64,000 nucleotides of DNA from an uncultured Clostridium sp. (GTDB taxonomy: Bacteria; Bacillota; Clostridia; TANB77; CAG-508): assembly GCA_900555615.1 (NCBI GenBank), contig USMB01000002.1, positions 33,230 through 97,229 on the forward strand. Reading direction: 5' to 3'. A model generated the notes under the pieces. The model was not told the origin of the DNA. It saw only the letters and a list, made by a program, of their open reading frames with translations, and ran no database searches. The translations under genes and the position numbers were made by a program. Below, piece after piece: positions 30,301-45,300 of the stretch. The stretch's first letter is position 1. Every line of letters begins with the position of its first letter.

Positions 30301-33300
30301 AAAACCAGAATTAGAAGTAAAAGGTGTAACAATAAATGATGAAGAATCAGATAGTGCCACAGTAAATTTACAAGCAACAGATAAATATTTTAGCACATAT
30401 TATACAACAAACCAAACCGCATCATTTGATAAAACCAAAATATATTTAACAGCTGATGGAGTAAAGGCAACAGAAGAGGAGACAGGTGTTAAATTACAAT
30501 GGGAAAAAGCAAAAGATGTAACAGAAACAAGAAGTGGTGAGAAAAAGGTTATAGGAATTACTCAAAGTGTGACAATAACTGGTATGAAAGATAATTTAGA
30601 TAAAAAATTAAAATTAGTAATAGAAGAAGGTGCATGTCTAGATAATTCAGGTAACCCAAATGAAAGAAAAGAAATATCACTATTTAGTAGATTGATGTCT
30701 GCTTCAACAGAAACAGCAGCAACAAGTACATTCTTAAATAACCCATATGCAATTCAAAGACAAAATGTACAAAGTGTAGAATTTAGAAGTTCTACAACAG
30801 GATTGATTTCAAATTGTGCATGGGATGTTTCTGAAAACCAAGATGGTTCAATAATGGCATGGTATGACGGAACAGGTCCATACAGAGTATATATTGCAGG
30901 TGATGGATTGATATATGCAAATCCAGACTCATCATATTTATTCTCATATGTAGGATATGCAACAAATTGTACAGATACAACAGTTGTAAAGAACCTTAAC
31001 TTATTAAATACAAAATTTGCAACTAAAATGGATGCAATGTTTAATTATACAGGTTATAGGTCAATGACTGGATTAAGTTTAGGAGATAAATTTGATACAA
31101 GCAATGTTACCTCAATGAATAGAATGTTTGACAATTGTGGATATACAAGAATGGGTTCATTGAATTTAGGTACAGCTTTTGATACAACAAAAGTAACTTC
31201 AATGAGTCTGATGTTTAGAAATTGTGGATATACAGCAATGACATCAATGGAACTAGGAACAAAATTTAATACTTCAAAAGTAGAGAATATGACTTCAATG
31301 TTCTATTATACTGGATATACAGCAATGACAACATTAAAATTAGGAAACTACTTCTATACAAAATCTGCAACAAATATGTCTCAAATGTTTAACTATACAG
31401 GTGCTAGTGCGATGACATCATTAGATTTAGGACCAGCATTTACAAAAATAGCAGATACAAATACAAATTTTGCAACAGGTTGTGGTAAAAATGGTTCAGT
31501 AACTATATATGTAGGTTCATCAATTTACTCAACAAAAAATGCATTTAAATTAAGTGCAGATGTAACAACAACAATATCATATGCAAGAGGAACAATAAAT
31601 CCAAAATATAAACCAGATTGGACAAAAGTTTCAACAACATTAAATACAACAGATAAAAATATAACAGTAAAATTACAAGGAAATGTAAATACTGCAAATT
31701 ATACAGGTGATGCTTTAAAATCAGTAATAAATAGATTAGCAATGGGAACAGGTGACAGCTCAAAGATAACAGTAAAAATAGATGGAACAGTTGCAAATAA
31801 TTTAGTAAAAACAGTTCAGACATCTGTAAAAGGACCAGCAAATACGGTTACTGCAGAAATAATAATTTCAAGTTTTGCAGAAACTACAGTCCAAAGTGGA
31901 AAAACATATTTGGAATGGGCAGGAAATATTGCAATACAATTAGCTCAAGGAACATTGACAGATGCATATGGAAACCCAAATTTGGCTCAATTAGATGGAA
32001 GTGCTGTAGAAATAAAAGATGCAACAATAGATAAAAATACAGATGGAAAAATGTTCGCAGATTTTATAAAACCAAAATTAATGTATGAACAATCAAGTGT
32101 AGTAGTAGATAAAACTGGAAAAACAGTTACAATAGTATTTTCAATAACAGATAAATACTATGCTAGTGAAAGCTTAGATGTTTCAAAATTGAGCATAAGA
32201 GTAGATGGTACTGATGTATCAGAAATTCCATCAATAAAGAAAACATTAACAAAATCCACTTCAAGTACAGGTGTAAAATATACATTGGTATTATCAGAAT
32301 TTGAACAGGATTCAATTGCAAGTGGAAAGAGATACTTAGATTACAGTGGTTCTATTACAGTAACAGTGCCAGCAGGAGCTGTGTTAGATAAATCTGGAAA
32401 TGGAAATGTTACAGAAGGATTAGGAATTGGACCACAAAATACAATTGTAAAGGATAATGCATCAAATTTAGCAGAAATAGACTTGGTAAGACCAAGTTGG
32501 CAATTACAACCAAATAAAGGTGTTACATTAGATTTTGCAAGTAAAACAGTAACAATTCCACTAGAAGTAACAGATAAGTATTTTTCAACAAGTACATTAA
32601 CAAATAATATAAAACTTTTAGTAAATGGAGCTGAATCGACATCAGGAGGAACAATTTCAATTCAGTCAGGACCAACAAATATTACTGAAACAAGAGGTGG
32701 AAATACAGTATTAATAGGACATTCTTATACTGTAAAAATAACTAATATTTCAGTAGATTCAGGTCAATTAGGTGTTAGAATTTTAGAAGGAGCAGCATCA
32801 GATACTTCTGGAAATACTAGCTCACAAAAAGACATATTATTATTAAATCGTTTGAAAGAAACAAATACTGAGACAGCAGCGACAAGTGGATTCTTAGGAA
32901 GTGCAAGTAATACTAATGCAACAATAAAAGCGATACAAAGACAAAATATAAATAAGGTTGTATTCGAATCAGGTATTTCAAGTGCTGTTTATAATCACAC
33001 AACAAAAACAATTTCAGATGCTACAAGAGCATGGGATGTATCAAAAGCAGGTGATCAATCAATTGTAGCATGGTTTGTAGATAGCGAAAAATCAAACGGA
33101 ACTTACGTAATTCACATAGGTAGTGAAGGTGGAATTCTTGCAAATACAGATTCAAGTTATTTGTTTGCAAATATAGGAAGTTCTGCAAATTGTAAGTCAA
33201 TAGTAGCAATTGCAAACTTAAGTTTACTAGATGTAAGTACTGTAACAAATATGAATTACATGTTTACAAATACAGGTAAACAAGCAATGACAGAATTAGA

Positions 33301-36300
33301 CTTAGGAACAAACTTTAGTACAAGTAGTGTAACTACAATGGTTGGAATGTTCCAAGGTGCCGGTTATAATGCAATGACGACATTAACCCTTGGAAATCTA
33401 TTTGTAACTACGAAGGTTACGGATATGAACAATATGTTTAATGAAACAGGTTATAAAGCATTAAAGAGTTTGAATTTGAGCACATTTAATACGGCAAGTG
33501 TAACAAATATGCAAAGAATGTTTAGAGCAACAGGACATGATTCAATGACAACATTAACATTAGGAAGTAACTTTAATACCGCAAAAGTAACTAATATGCT
33601 TGGAATGTTTGCAAATTGTGGATATGGTAGTCTAACAGCATTAAACTTAGGTGGAGCATTTGATACAGGAAATGTAACAGATATGAGTTATATGTTCACA
33701 GGTGCAGGACATGATTCAATGACAGGCTTAAATTTAGGAAGTTTATTTAAAACAAGTAAAGTAACAAATATGAGTTATATGTTCCAAAATACAGGTGCAG
33801 GAAAAATGACAACATTGACCTTAGGAAGCAACTTTAATACAAGTGCAGTAACTAACATGAGTTATATGTTTAATGGAACAGGTAGTTCATCAATGCAAAG
33901 CTTAGTTTTAGGTGGATATTTCTATACAAGTAAAGTTACAAATATGACTAGTATGTTTGAAGCTTGTGGTCAAGGAAGTATTAAGACGATAGATTTAGGA
34001 CCAGCATTTACAAATGTGTCTAGTACTAATACAAATATGTTAAAAACATTGAATAATACAAATATTTATACAGGTACAGCAATTTATTCAAATGAGAATG
34101 CAGTAAGATTAAACTTGAACTCAAGTACAACAGTAAGTTTTGAAAGAGGAAAAATTATAGCAAAATATCAACCAGAATGGCAAAAATCTACTACAACTCC
34201 AGATACTGCAAATACAGCAATAACAGTAGTATTAAGAGGAATAGTAAATGCAACAAATTATGCTGGATATAATAAAAACATAACAAATAAATTTGCAAAT
34301 GGAACAACAACACAAATAACAGTAGCAATAGATGGAGAATCAACTCCAAATAGCAGAATTATAAAAACAATAAGTGGTGCTAGTTCAACAGCAGCAGAGA
34401 GTGTTCAATGTAATGTAAGATTAACAGGATTTAATGAAGGATACATATCATCAAAAGGATATAAAGAGTGGAGTGGTAATGTAGCATTAAACATACCGCA
34501 AGGAACCTTAACAGATGCATATGGAAATCCAAATTTAGCTCAAGAAATTAAAGAGGATGCAGTAGAAAAAAATACTGCAGGAGACTTATTCTTGGATTCT
34601 ATAAAACCAGAAATAATATATGAATACTCAGAAACAACAATAAATCATGACAGTCAAACAGTAACTGTTGGATTTAGAGTTACAGATAAATATTTTGCAA
34701 ATACATTGTTAACAGTAGAGCAATTGGCTAGCCAAATAACAGTAAAAGTTGATAGTGAAGCAGTAAATGTTGAAAAAGAAGTAAGAGAAATAAAAGCATT
34801 GAATGAACCAGTAAATGGTCAAAATAGAACAGTTGGAAAGAAATATGAATTGGTAATTAGTAAATTAGACCAAGGTGATGGTATAAGATACAGTGGACCA
34901 ATGCAAATTGTATTTCCAACAGGAATAGTAAAAGATGCATCAAATAATACCAATACAGGAAAAACGATTTCAATTGGTGTGGATGATCCAGTAAATGATG
35001 CAGAACATAAATCAGAGGTTATAGTCGATGTAGTAAAACCAGTATGGTCAGTTGAAAACTTAAAAATTACTCAAGTAAATGGAAAAGCACAAGCAACAAT
35101 GGATTTAATAGGAACAGACAAATACTTAAACAAAACAAATAGTAAAAGCTTAACTCCAAATGAGATAAAAGTTTTTGTAGATGGAGTAGATATTACAAGT
35201 ATAGCAACAGGACTTAGCAAGAGTTTAGCAGGACCTATAGATATAGATAATGGAATAAAATATACACTAACAATTACTAACTTAGAGGAATCTTATGATG
35301 CATTTATTGCAGCAAGAAATGCTAATAAGAGAGTATATAGAGAGTACAGTGGAGATGTAACATTAGAGGTACCTGAAGGAAAATTAGTTGATAACTCAGG
35401 AAATAAAAGTTCAAAACTTTCAGTAAAGGTTGGAATAGTTGATACATTAAAGCCAGAAATAGTAAAAGTTTCATCAACAGTAAATCCAACGGCAAAAACA
35501 GAGACAATAATATTTGATGTTACAGATAAATATTTTGGAACAATATTAGATGAGCAAACACTTCTTTCAAAACTACATGTATTTGTAGATGAAGAAGCAG
35601 CAGATAGTATAACAAAACAAATAACAAATGTTGAAACACTAACAGATACAGTAGATGGAATATCTAAAACAGTTGGAAAGAGATATACATTAGTATTATC
35701 AAACTTTGAAAAAGAAGGACTACAAAGTGGATATGAATTTAAAGGAATAAGTGGAACTGTAAAGGTTACAGTAGATGCAGAAATTGCAACAGACTCTAAC
35801 GGAAATACAAGTAATTCTGCAACATTAGCAGGAGACTTTACAGACTTTATTGAACCAAGTGTGGTTTATAGATTTTCAAAACCAGCAAGTGGAGCAAATT
35901 CTGTAACAATAACATTTGACGTAACAGATAAATATTATAAAAGCGGAGATTTGACATTAGCAGATTTAGCATTAAAAATGCAAAATGGTAAAAATTTAAG
36001 CAATTATATTGATATGAAAACAATATCTGGTGCACAAATTCAATTTGGAACACCTTCAAATGTTACTTGCCCAACAGCAATGAATAAAACCGTAAATGGA
36101 ACAGTTCAAAAAGGATTGACAAATCAAATAATAGGAAGACGTTATACAATAACGATTTCAAATTTAGAGCAAGCACAGATTAAAGATGGAGACCAATACT
36201 TAGAATATAGTGGTAATGTACAAATTGGAGTAGCAAAAGGTAAAGTAAAAGATCAAGGAAATAATACAAATCTTGCACAAACTATTACATTTGGTATAAA

Positions 36301-39300
36301 TTTACCAGAAGGAACAGGAATAAAAGAAGCTCTTGATATAGTAAAACCAATTTGGTCAGTAGAATCACAAACAGTAGACCTAGATAAACAAGAAGCAACA
36401 ATAATTATTAAAGGTACAGATAAATATTTCTCAAAAAGTACATTAACAAATGATACGTTACAATTAATAATGAATGGTTCAAAAGTAACTACAAATGACA
36501 CTGCTTCAGGAAGAACTCTTGAAATAACAGGGCCAAAAGAAATATATGAAGATTGGATAGAAAATGGAGCAACTTCACAACATTTAGTTGGAGTGGAATA
36601 TACAATTATAGCAACAGGATTTGCTGTTGATGAAGGACAAGTAAAAATAAGAATTCCAGAAGCAACCTTAACAGATAATTCAGAAAATAGCAGTAATGCA
36701 TTAGAATTTATGTTATACAGTTGTTTAAAAGCAACTAATACAGAAACATCAGCAACAAGTGGATTCTTAGGAAATACTTCAATTCAAAGACAAAACATAG
36801 AAAGTGTAACATTTGAATCTGGCTTGTCAAAGATGATTAGTAGCACAAAATGGGATGTATCAGCTGGAAATGATGGTTCAATAATGGCATGGTATAAAAC
36901 TGCAGCAAGTGGTGCTCTAGAAGTTTACATTGGAGGAACTACAGCAATATTTGCAAATCCAAATTCAAGTTATTTATTCGCAAATATTGGAACAGCAACA
37001 AAATGTACAGCAACAGAGGTTGTTAAGAATTTAGATTTAGTAACAACTAAAAGAGTAACAAATATGAGTTATATGTTCTTAAATACAGGTACAACAGCAA
37101 TGACAACATTAAATTTAGGCTCAAACTTTAATACAGAAAAAGTAACAAATATGACATCTATGTTTAGTGGCTGTGGAATAAATAAAATGTCAACTCTAAA
37201 CTTAGGTGGTAAATTCTACACAAGCGAAGTAACTCTTATGAATAATATGTTTAGTAGTTGTGGTAGATATGCATTAACAGCATTAGATTTAGGAGAATAT
37301 TTTGATACAAGCAAAGTAACAAATATGGCTGGAATGTTTAATTGTACAGGTTCAAGCCAAATGACAAGCTTTAATATTGGTAAAAAATTCGATACAACTA
37401 ATGTAACAAATATGTCTTATATGTTTAATATGTTAGGAAATGCAAAATTAACAAGTTTAGATTTAGGCGATTTGTTCTATACAACAAATGTAACAAATAT
37501 GGACTCAATGTTCTACAATTGTGGTTCATCTGCAATGACAACAATAGATTTAGGACCAGCATTTACAAAGATTGCTGGAACGAATACAAATTTTGCAATG
37601 AATTTTGGTAAATCTGGAGCAACATTGAATGCACCAGAGGCAATATATCAAGATAGCAAGAATTTCAGATTAGGAATTGAAAGTACAACAACACTAGCAT
37701 ATTCAAGAGGAACAATTACTCCAAAATATAGAACAGAATGGGTAGTAACTACAAAGACTGTTGATAAAACAAATAAAACAGTAAGAATAACATTGAGAGG
37801 AAAAACAAACTCACAATTAACTGTAGCAGAATATCCAGGTGGAGCAAATGGACTTTTAAGTAAGGATAAAGTAACAGTTTTGGTTGATGGAACAAATGTT
37901 AAAGCAGTACAAGATTCTATGGAAATTAGTTCTGCAAACTATATTACAAATTCTTCAACAAACAAGGTTGAAGTTGAACAAATAATAACCTTAAAAGACT
38001 TTGTTGAAGATGCAAGACAAACAGGAAAGAGTTATAAAGAATGGAGTGGAAATATTTCATTAAAAATAGCAAAAGATTCTGGACTAAAAGATGATTATGG
38101 AAGCGAAAATATAGCTCAAGACATAAATGATATAATATTAGCAGATGTAGTAAAGCCAGAATTTACTTATAAATATTCATCAACAGATATTAATTACACA
38201 AATAAAACATTAACAGTTGAATTTGATATAGTAGATAAGTATTTCTTTAGTACAACTTTGAGTGCTACGAATGCAGTAAATAATATTACAGTAAAAATGA
38301 TAGACATTAATGCAGTTCCAGCAAATATTACAAAAACATTGAAAAAGAAAACAATATCTGCAGATCAAACAAGTGGAAGCATTACATATAAAGCAAATGG
38401 AGATATTTATGAAAATTCAAGAAAAATAGGAGAAAGATATACTTTAGTAATTAGTGGATTAGAGCAAGCAAGTAAATCAGCAGATGGAAAATATAAAGAT
38501 TACAGTGGACCAATGAGTGTGGCATTCCCAGCAGGAGTAATAACAGATACATCTGGAAACACAAGTGATCAAATAACAATTACTGTTGGTATAGATGAAC
38601 CAGATAAATCTGGAATGCAAGAAATTGTGGATGTTGTAACACCAATTTGGGAAGCAAAAAGTACTACAATAGATAAATGGAATAAGAGAGCTATTATCCA
38701 ATTACAAGGAACAGATAAATATTATGCAAGTAATAGTTTAGACACTTCAAAAATTACAGTATATGTTGACGGAAAAGAAATCACAAATATTGAAAAAACT
38801 TTAAGTGAATCAACTCCATTAACAGAAACTAGAAATGGCCAAGAGATGCAGTATGGTGTTGAATATACATTAACATTAAGTGGATTTTCAGAGCCAGACA
38901 GTGAGTTTATGACAGCAAGAAAGAATGGAAGTAGAGAATATCGAGAATATAGTGGAAAAACCGAAGTAAAGATTGCGGCAGGAACATTATCAGATGCACA
39001 TAATACAAACAAAGAACAGACAATTTCATTAGGAAATGTTGATTGTTTGAAACCTGATATTATTTATGAAACTTCAAATACAACAATAGATCAAGGAAAC
39101 AAGATTTTAACAGTAGTGTTTGAGGTAACAGATAAATATTATAATGCATCAGCAAGTAGTTTGAAATTATCAGATTTAACAGTTACAGTTGATGAAAAGA
39201 CAATGACATCAGCAGAATTAACAGCAAGTGGAAATTCATTAACAGCAACAGCTTTAGCAAGTGGAAAAGGAACCAAATACACATTAGTAATTAAAAATTT

Positions 39301-42300
39301 ACAACAAAATCCAAATGATGGTGTTGATTACAGTGGTATAGTATCAATTGCAATACCTAGCGGTAAATTTGCAGATACTACAGGTAATACAAATGATGCT
39401 AAAACAATTACTATTGGTGTAGATACACCTACAAATGATGAAAATCATAATACAGGAACAATTGTCGATGTTGTTAGCCCTGTATGGAAAGCAGAAAATT
39501 TTAGAGCAAGTAGTGATAATACTCAAATATTAGTAGACCTTGTAGGAACAGATAAATATTTAGACACATCAAAAACATCTGTTGACCCAAGCAAGATTAA
39601 AGTAGTTATAAACAATCAAGACATAGAGGCAACAGCAGGAATTGCAGTTAATAAGTCTATTGAGTATAAAGGAACAAGAAGTGATATATTAACAGGTGCA
39701 AAAGATGTAATATATACATTAACATTATCAAACTTTAAAGAAAGTGATGAAACTTTCTTAGCAGCAAGAGCGGCAGGAACAAGATTATACAGAGAATATA
39801 GCGGATTTACTCAAATAGAAATGCCAGCAGGTCAATTAAAAGATACGTCAAATAATACAAACGTAAAAACAACATTAGATTTAGGAAACATAGATAGAAT
39901 TCCACCAGAAGTTGTAAAAGTATCTTCAACTGTTGATAAAACTAATAAGAAAGAAACTATAGTATTTGATATAGTAGATAAATATTTAAAAACTTCAACA
40001 TTAGGAACAACTACAACAGAAGCAAATAATAATTTATCAAAATTACATGTATTTGTAGATGATGAAGCAGCAGATAACATAACTAAAAAAATTACAAAAG
40101 TTGAGAAATTAACTGATACAATAGGAACTACAACAAATCAATTAATTGGATATAGATATACATTAGAATTAACTAATTTTGAAAAGAGTAAGAATTCAAA
40201 AGGAGTTAAGGATTGGAGTGGTACTGTAAGAGTTGATGTTGATGCTGCAGTGGCAATAGATACAAATGGAAATACAACTGACGAAACATCAATTGAATGT
40301 GATTTTGTAGACCTTATAAAACCATATCTAGAATATACTCACCAATCATCAGATATAAGTACAACAAACAAAACTTATACAATGAAATTTAGAATAACAG
40401 ATAAATATTATAAATCTGGAAAATTGACATTAAATGATTTAACAGTAAAAATTAAAAATGGTCAATTAAAAAATGGAAGCGAAATTGTTTATAATTTAAG
40501 TGATTTAGCAAAAGCAGGAACAGTTACACTTGCATTAAGTGATACAGAAATCTATGCAAATGACATATATATAACAGATGAAACAACTGGAGAAATAGAT
40601 GTTACTGATAAGAAACTAATTGGGCATGAATATACATTAAAAATGTCAAACTTAGAAAAATTACAGATTGCAGATGGAATGACAACAGCAGATTATAGTG
40701 GTATTATCAGTGTAGGAATAGCTGCAAATAAGGTATTAGATAGAACATATAATGGAAGTAATAATGGAAATACAGCATCAACAATAACTTCAGGTGTTAA
40801 TATTCCTAATGGAAGCGGAAATGGAACGGTTGTGGATGTGGTAGACCCATTAATTACAGGAGTTAGCACAGTAGCTGACCCAACAAAAGGTACAGCAACA
40901 TTAACATTTAGAGCAACAGATTCTTATTTTGCAAGTAGTTCAATATCAGCAGCAAATATACAGATATATGTAAATGGTACACAAAAAGCAGTAGGAGTTG
41001 CTTCAGGGGATGGAATTACAAAAACTCTATCTCAAACTTCAAAGACAGAGTCAAGATTACAAAATGGAACAACTTCAAATGTACAATATGGAATTGAATA
41101 TACATTAAATATTACAGGTTACCCAGCAAATATTAATCAGTTGAGAGTGGTAATTCCAGCAGGATTGGTAGCTGACCAATCAGGCAACCACAATAAAGAG
41201 AAATCATTTAACTTGTTTAATACTTTAGCTACAGCAGAATCAAGTCCAAGTGCAACAACAGCATTTATGGGTAATACATATGGAATTCAAAGAGGAAAGA
41301 TTGCACAAATAGTATTTGAAAGTTATATTGGAGGAACTTCAAGTACACGTTGGGATGTATCTGCACAAAAAGATCAATCTATTATGGCATGGTATAATGC
41401 AAATGAAAAACCAACTAGTGATACATATATTATCCATATAGGTAGTGAAACTTTAATTGGAGCAAATGTAAATTCAAGCAATTGGTTTAGTTATATTGGA
41501 TATGATGCTAATTGCAAGGCAACAAGTGAAGAAAGTGATCCAATTATAAAGAACTTAAAGATAATAAGTGTTGCAAATGTAACAAATATGTCAAACATGT
41601 TTGCATATCTTGGATATAGTAATATGACTACATTTAGTTTAAGCAGTAATTTCTATACAACTAGTGCAACAAATATGAGCGGAATGTTCAAATATGCGGG
41701 ATTTACAAAAATGACAACAATAAACTTAGGTTCAAACTTTAATACAAGTAAGGTAACCAATATGAATGCTATGTTTAATCATACAGGATATACTGCAATG
41801 ACTGGTCTAAATTTAGGTTCAGCATTCTATACAAGCAAAGTAACAAATATGGGGTCTATGTTTGGAGAAACAGGATATACTGCAATGACAAGTTTAAATT
41901 TAGGCACAAATTTTGATACTAGTGCAGTAACTTCTATGAGTTGGATGTTTAGCAACTGTGGACATGACAAGATGACAAGTTTAACATTAGGTGCTAACTT
42001 TAATACAAGTTTAGTAACAACAATGCAAGGAATGTTTAATGGGACAGGAAATAAATTATTAACAAGCTTAGACTTAGGAGATTTATTCTACACAACAAAT
42101 GTAGAAAATATGACAAATATGTTTAGTAACTGTGGTACAGGTGCAATGACATCACTTGACTTAGGACCAGCATTTACAAAGATTGCATCAACAAATACTG
42201 AATTTGCAACGAATTTAGGAAAATCAGGTTTTGTTGCCTATGTACCAGAAGCGATTTACCAAGATTCTACTCACTTTAGAATAGGTGGAGCAGGTTCAAC

Positions 42301-45300
42301 AGCAATTGCATGTACAAGTGGAAGAACGATAAATCCAAAATATAGAACAGAATGGGTAGTAGAAACAACAGCATTTAATACAACTAATAAAACTTTAGCA
42401 ATAACATTAAGAGGTAGAACAAATTCACAAGTAACAGCAAGTGAGTACAAGAGTGATGTAAGTGGAGGAATTACAGATAAAACTAAAGTAGAATTCTACA
42501 TGAACATTGGTGGTACATTAACAAAAATGTCTAATGTATCAATAAGCTTAGGAACAGCAAGTCAAACAACACAAAATGTATCTAAAGGAACAAAAGAAGT
42601 ATTACAAACAATAACAATTGGAAACTTAGAAGAAACTGCAAGACAATCTGGAAAATTATATAAGGAATACAGTGGAAATATTGTTGTTAAAGTACTTCAA
42701 GATTCTGGATTGAAAGATTCTTATGGTAATGGAAGTCAAAATATTGCTCAAAATGTTTCAACATCAGATGTAGACAAAAATACAACAGGAAAGCTATTTG
42801 CAGACTTTATAAAACCAGAATTCAATTATTTATCATCAGAAACAACAATAAATCATAATACAAAAACAGTTACAATATTGTTCAGTGTAAGAGATAAATA
42901 TTTTAGTACTTCAGGATTAACAGCAGATACAACAGCATCTAAAATTTCAGTAACAGTTGCTGATGAAGATGTAAATAGTAAGATAACTAAGAAATTAGAA
43001 ATTGTTGAAGAAGAAAAAGATGTAATAAATGGAAAGAACCAAAAAGTTGGAGAAAAATACAGATTAACAATAACAGGTTTAGACCATAATGATGGAACTC
43101 ATTACAGTGGAATAATGCAATTAGGATTTGCAAAAGATCTAGTAGCAGACTTATCTGGAAATAAAAATGATGCACAAACAATAACAATAGGAGTAGATAC
43201 ACCAAATGGATCAGGCTCTGGAAGTATAGTCGATGTAGTAGACCCAGTATGGAATACACAAAACTTTACAATAGATAAGACAAACAAAAAGATAACTGTA
43301 GACTTAATAGGAACAGATAAGTATTATTTAAGCAATAGCTTAACAACAGACAAGATTAAAGTTTTTGTAGATGGAAAAGAAGCATCAAGCATAACAAAAC
43401 AACTAAGTGCTAGTTCTTCAGTTACAAATGGTGTAAAATATACCTTAACTCTTTCTGGATGGGAAGAAGCAAGTGAACAAACAGGAAATATATATAAAGA
43501 GTGGAGTGGTATAACAAAGATTCAAATAGCAGCAGGAACATTAACAGATAAATATACTAATACAAGTAAACAACAAGAATTTACATTAGGACATGTGGAC
43601 TTTATAAAACCAGTAATTAAAAAAGTATCTTCAACAAAGAATTCAACAAATGGTACAGAAACAATATTATTTAATGTAATTGATAAATATTTAGATACAA
43701 CAAGTACATTATCAGCAAATGATATTACAGTTTATGTAGATAAAGTTGAGGCAACAGGATTAAGCAAGACATTAACAAAAACTTCAACACAATTTACAGC
43801 ATCAATCAATGGAAGTACACAAGTTGTAGGACAACAATATCAATTAGTATTGTCAGGATTTAAACAAGCTCGTTCAAGTATTGATTCTGCAAAGAATTAT
43901 ACAGAGTGGAGTGGAACTGTTTCAATAGATGTTGCAGCTGGAAAGATAAAAGACAAAATAGTTAGTCCAAATACAACTGCAAATACAAACAACAAAACTA
44001 CAATATATGGTGATTTCGTAGACTTTATAAAACCAGAAATTACTTATAAATATGCATCTTCAGATATCAATTATACAAATAAAACATTTACAATGGACTT
44101 CGAAATTACAGATAAATACTTTAACAGTATTACAGAATTGACAACTCAAAATATAACACAATATGTAACAATAAAAGTTGATGGGGTAGACATAACAAAT
44201 AATACAGCAATTACAAAAGAAATTATTTCTACAACAAATGTAACAGCTGGAACAACTGCAAAACCAATCAATAAGACTGTTAATGGGACAGTTCAAACTG
44301 GATTGACAAATCAAGTAATAGGAAGACATTATAAATTGAGAATATCTGGATTGCAACAAGCAATAAAAACAGGAAATACATTAGATTATAGTGGTGTTAT
44401 AACAGTTGCATTTAAAGAAGGAATTGCAACAGATACAACAACAAATAAAAATGCAGCAACAACAATAACTTCAGGAGTTAACTTACCAGGTGGTTCTGGC
44501 TCAGGAACAATAGTCGATGTTGTTGACCCAATGTGGGAACAAATCGGTAGAGCAAGCGTAGAAGCTGGTAAGGGAACAGCAAGTATGGTAATCAGAGGAA
44601 CTGATAAATACTTGAATAAAGTAACTAGTGCATTAACATCTGGAAAAATAACAGTAACAGTAAATGGAACAACTCCAACAACAACAGTAACAGTAAATGT
44701 ACAAGAAGATACTTCAATATCAGAGACATGGGCAAAACAATATAAAGTAACACTTACAGGATTTGATCCAAAGGCTTATCAGGTAGCATTTAAGATACCT
44801 GCAGGAGTGTTGGTTGATAGTTCTGGAAATACAAGTAAAGAAAAAGAATTTATCTTGTTTAGCAGTTTAAAGAAAACTGATACTGAAACAGCATCAACAA
44901 GTTTATTCTTAGGAATTACAGGAGTTCAAAGACAAAATGTTGAACAAGTAATATTTGAAGAATATATTGATGATTCAAAGACATTGTTTGATGTATCAGC
45001 AGCTCAAAATAGAACAATAATGGCTTGGTATGAAAAAACTTCAAGAAATACTTACATTGTTCATATAGGAAGTACAATAATAATAAATGGAAATGCAGAT
45101 TCAACAAACTTATTTAATTATGTTGGATATAGTACAAATTGTGCGGTTACAAACGAAACATCTAATAAGATAATAAAGAATATTGAATTATTACATGTAG
45201 ACAATGTAACAAATATGAAGAATATGTTCGCATATTTAGGCTATGGTAAAATGCAAACATTTAGCTTAGGAAGTGCATTTGATACAACAAATGCAACAGA

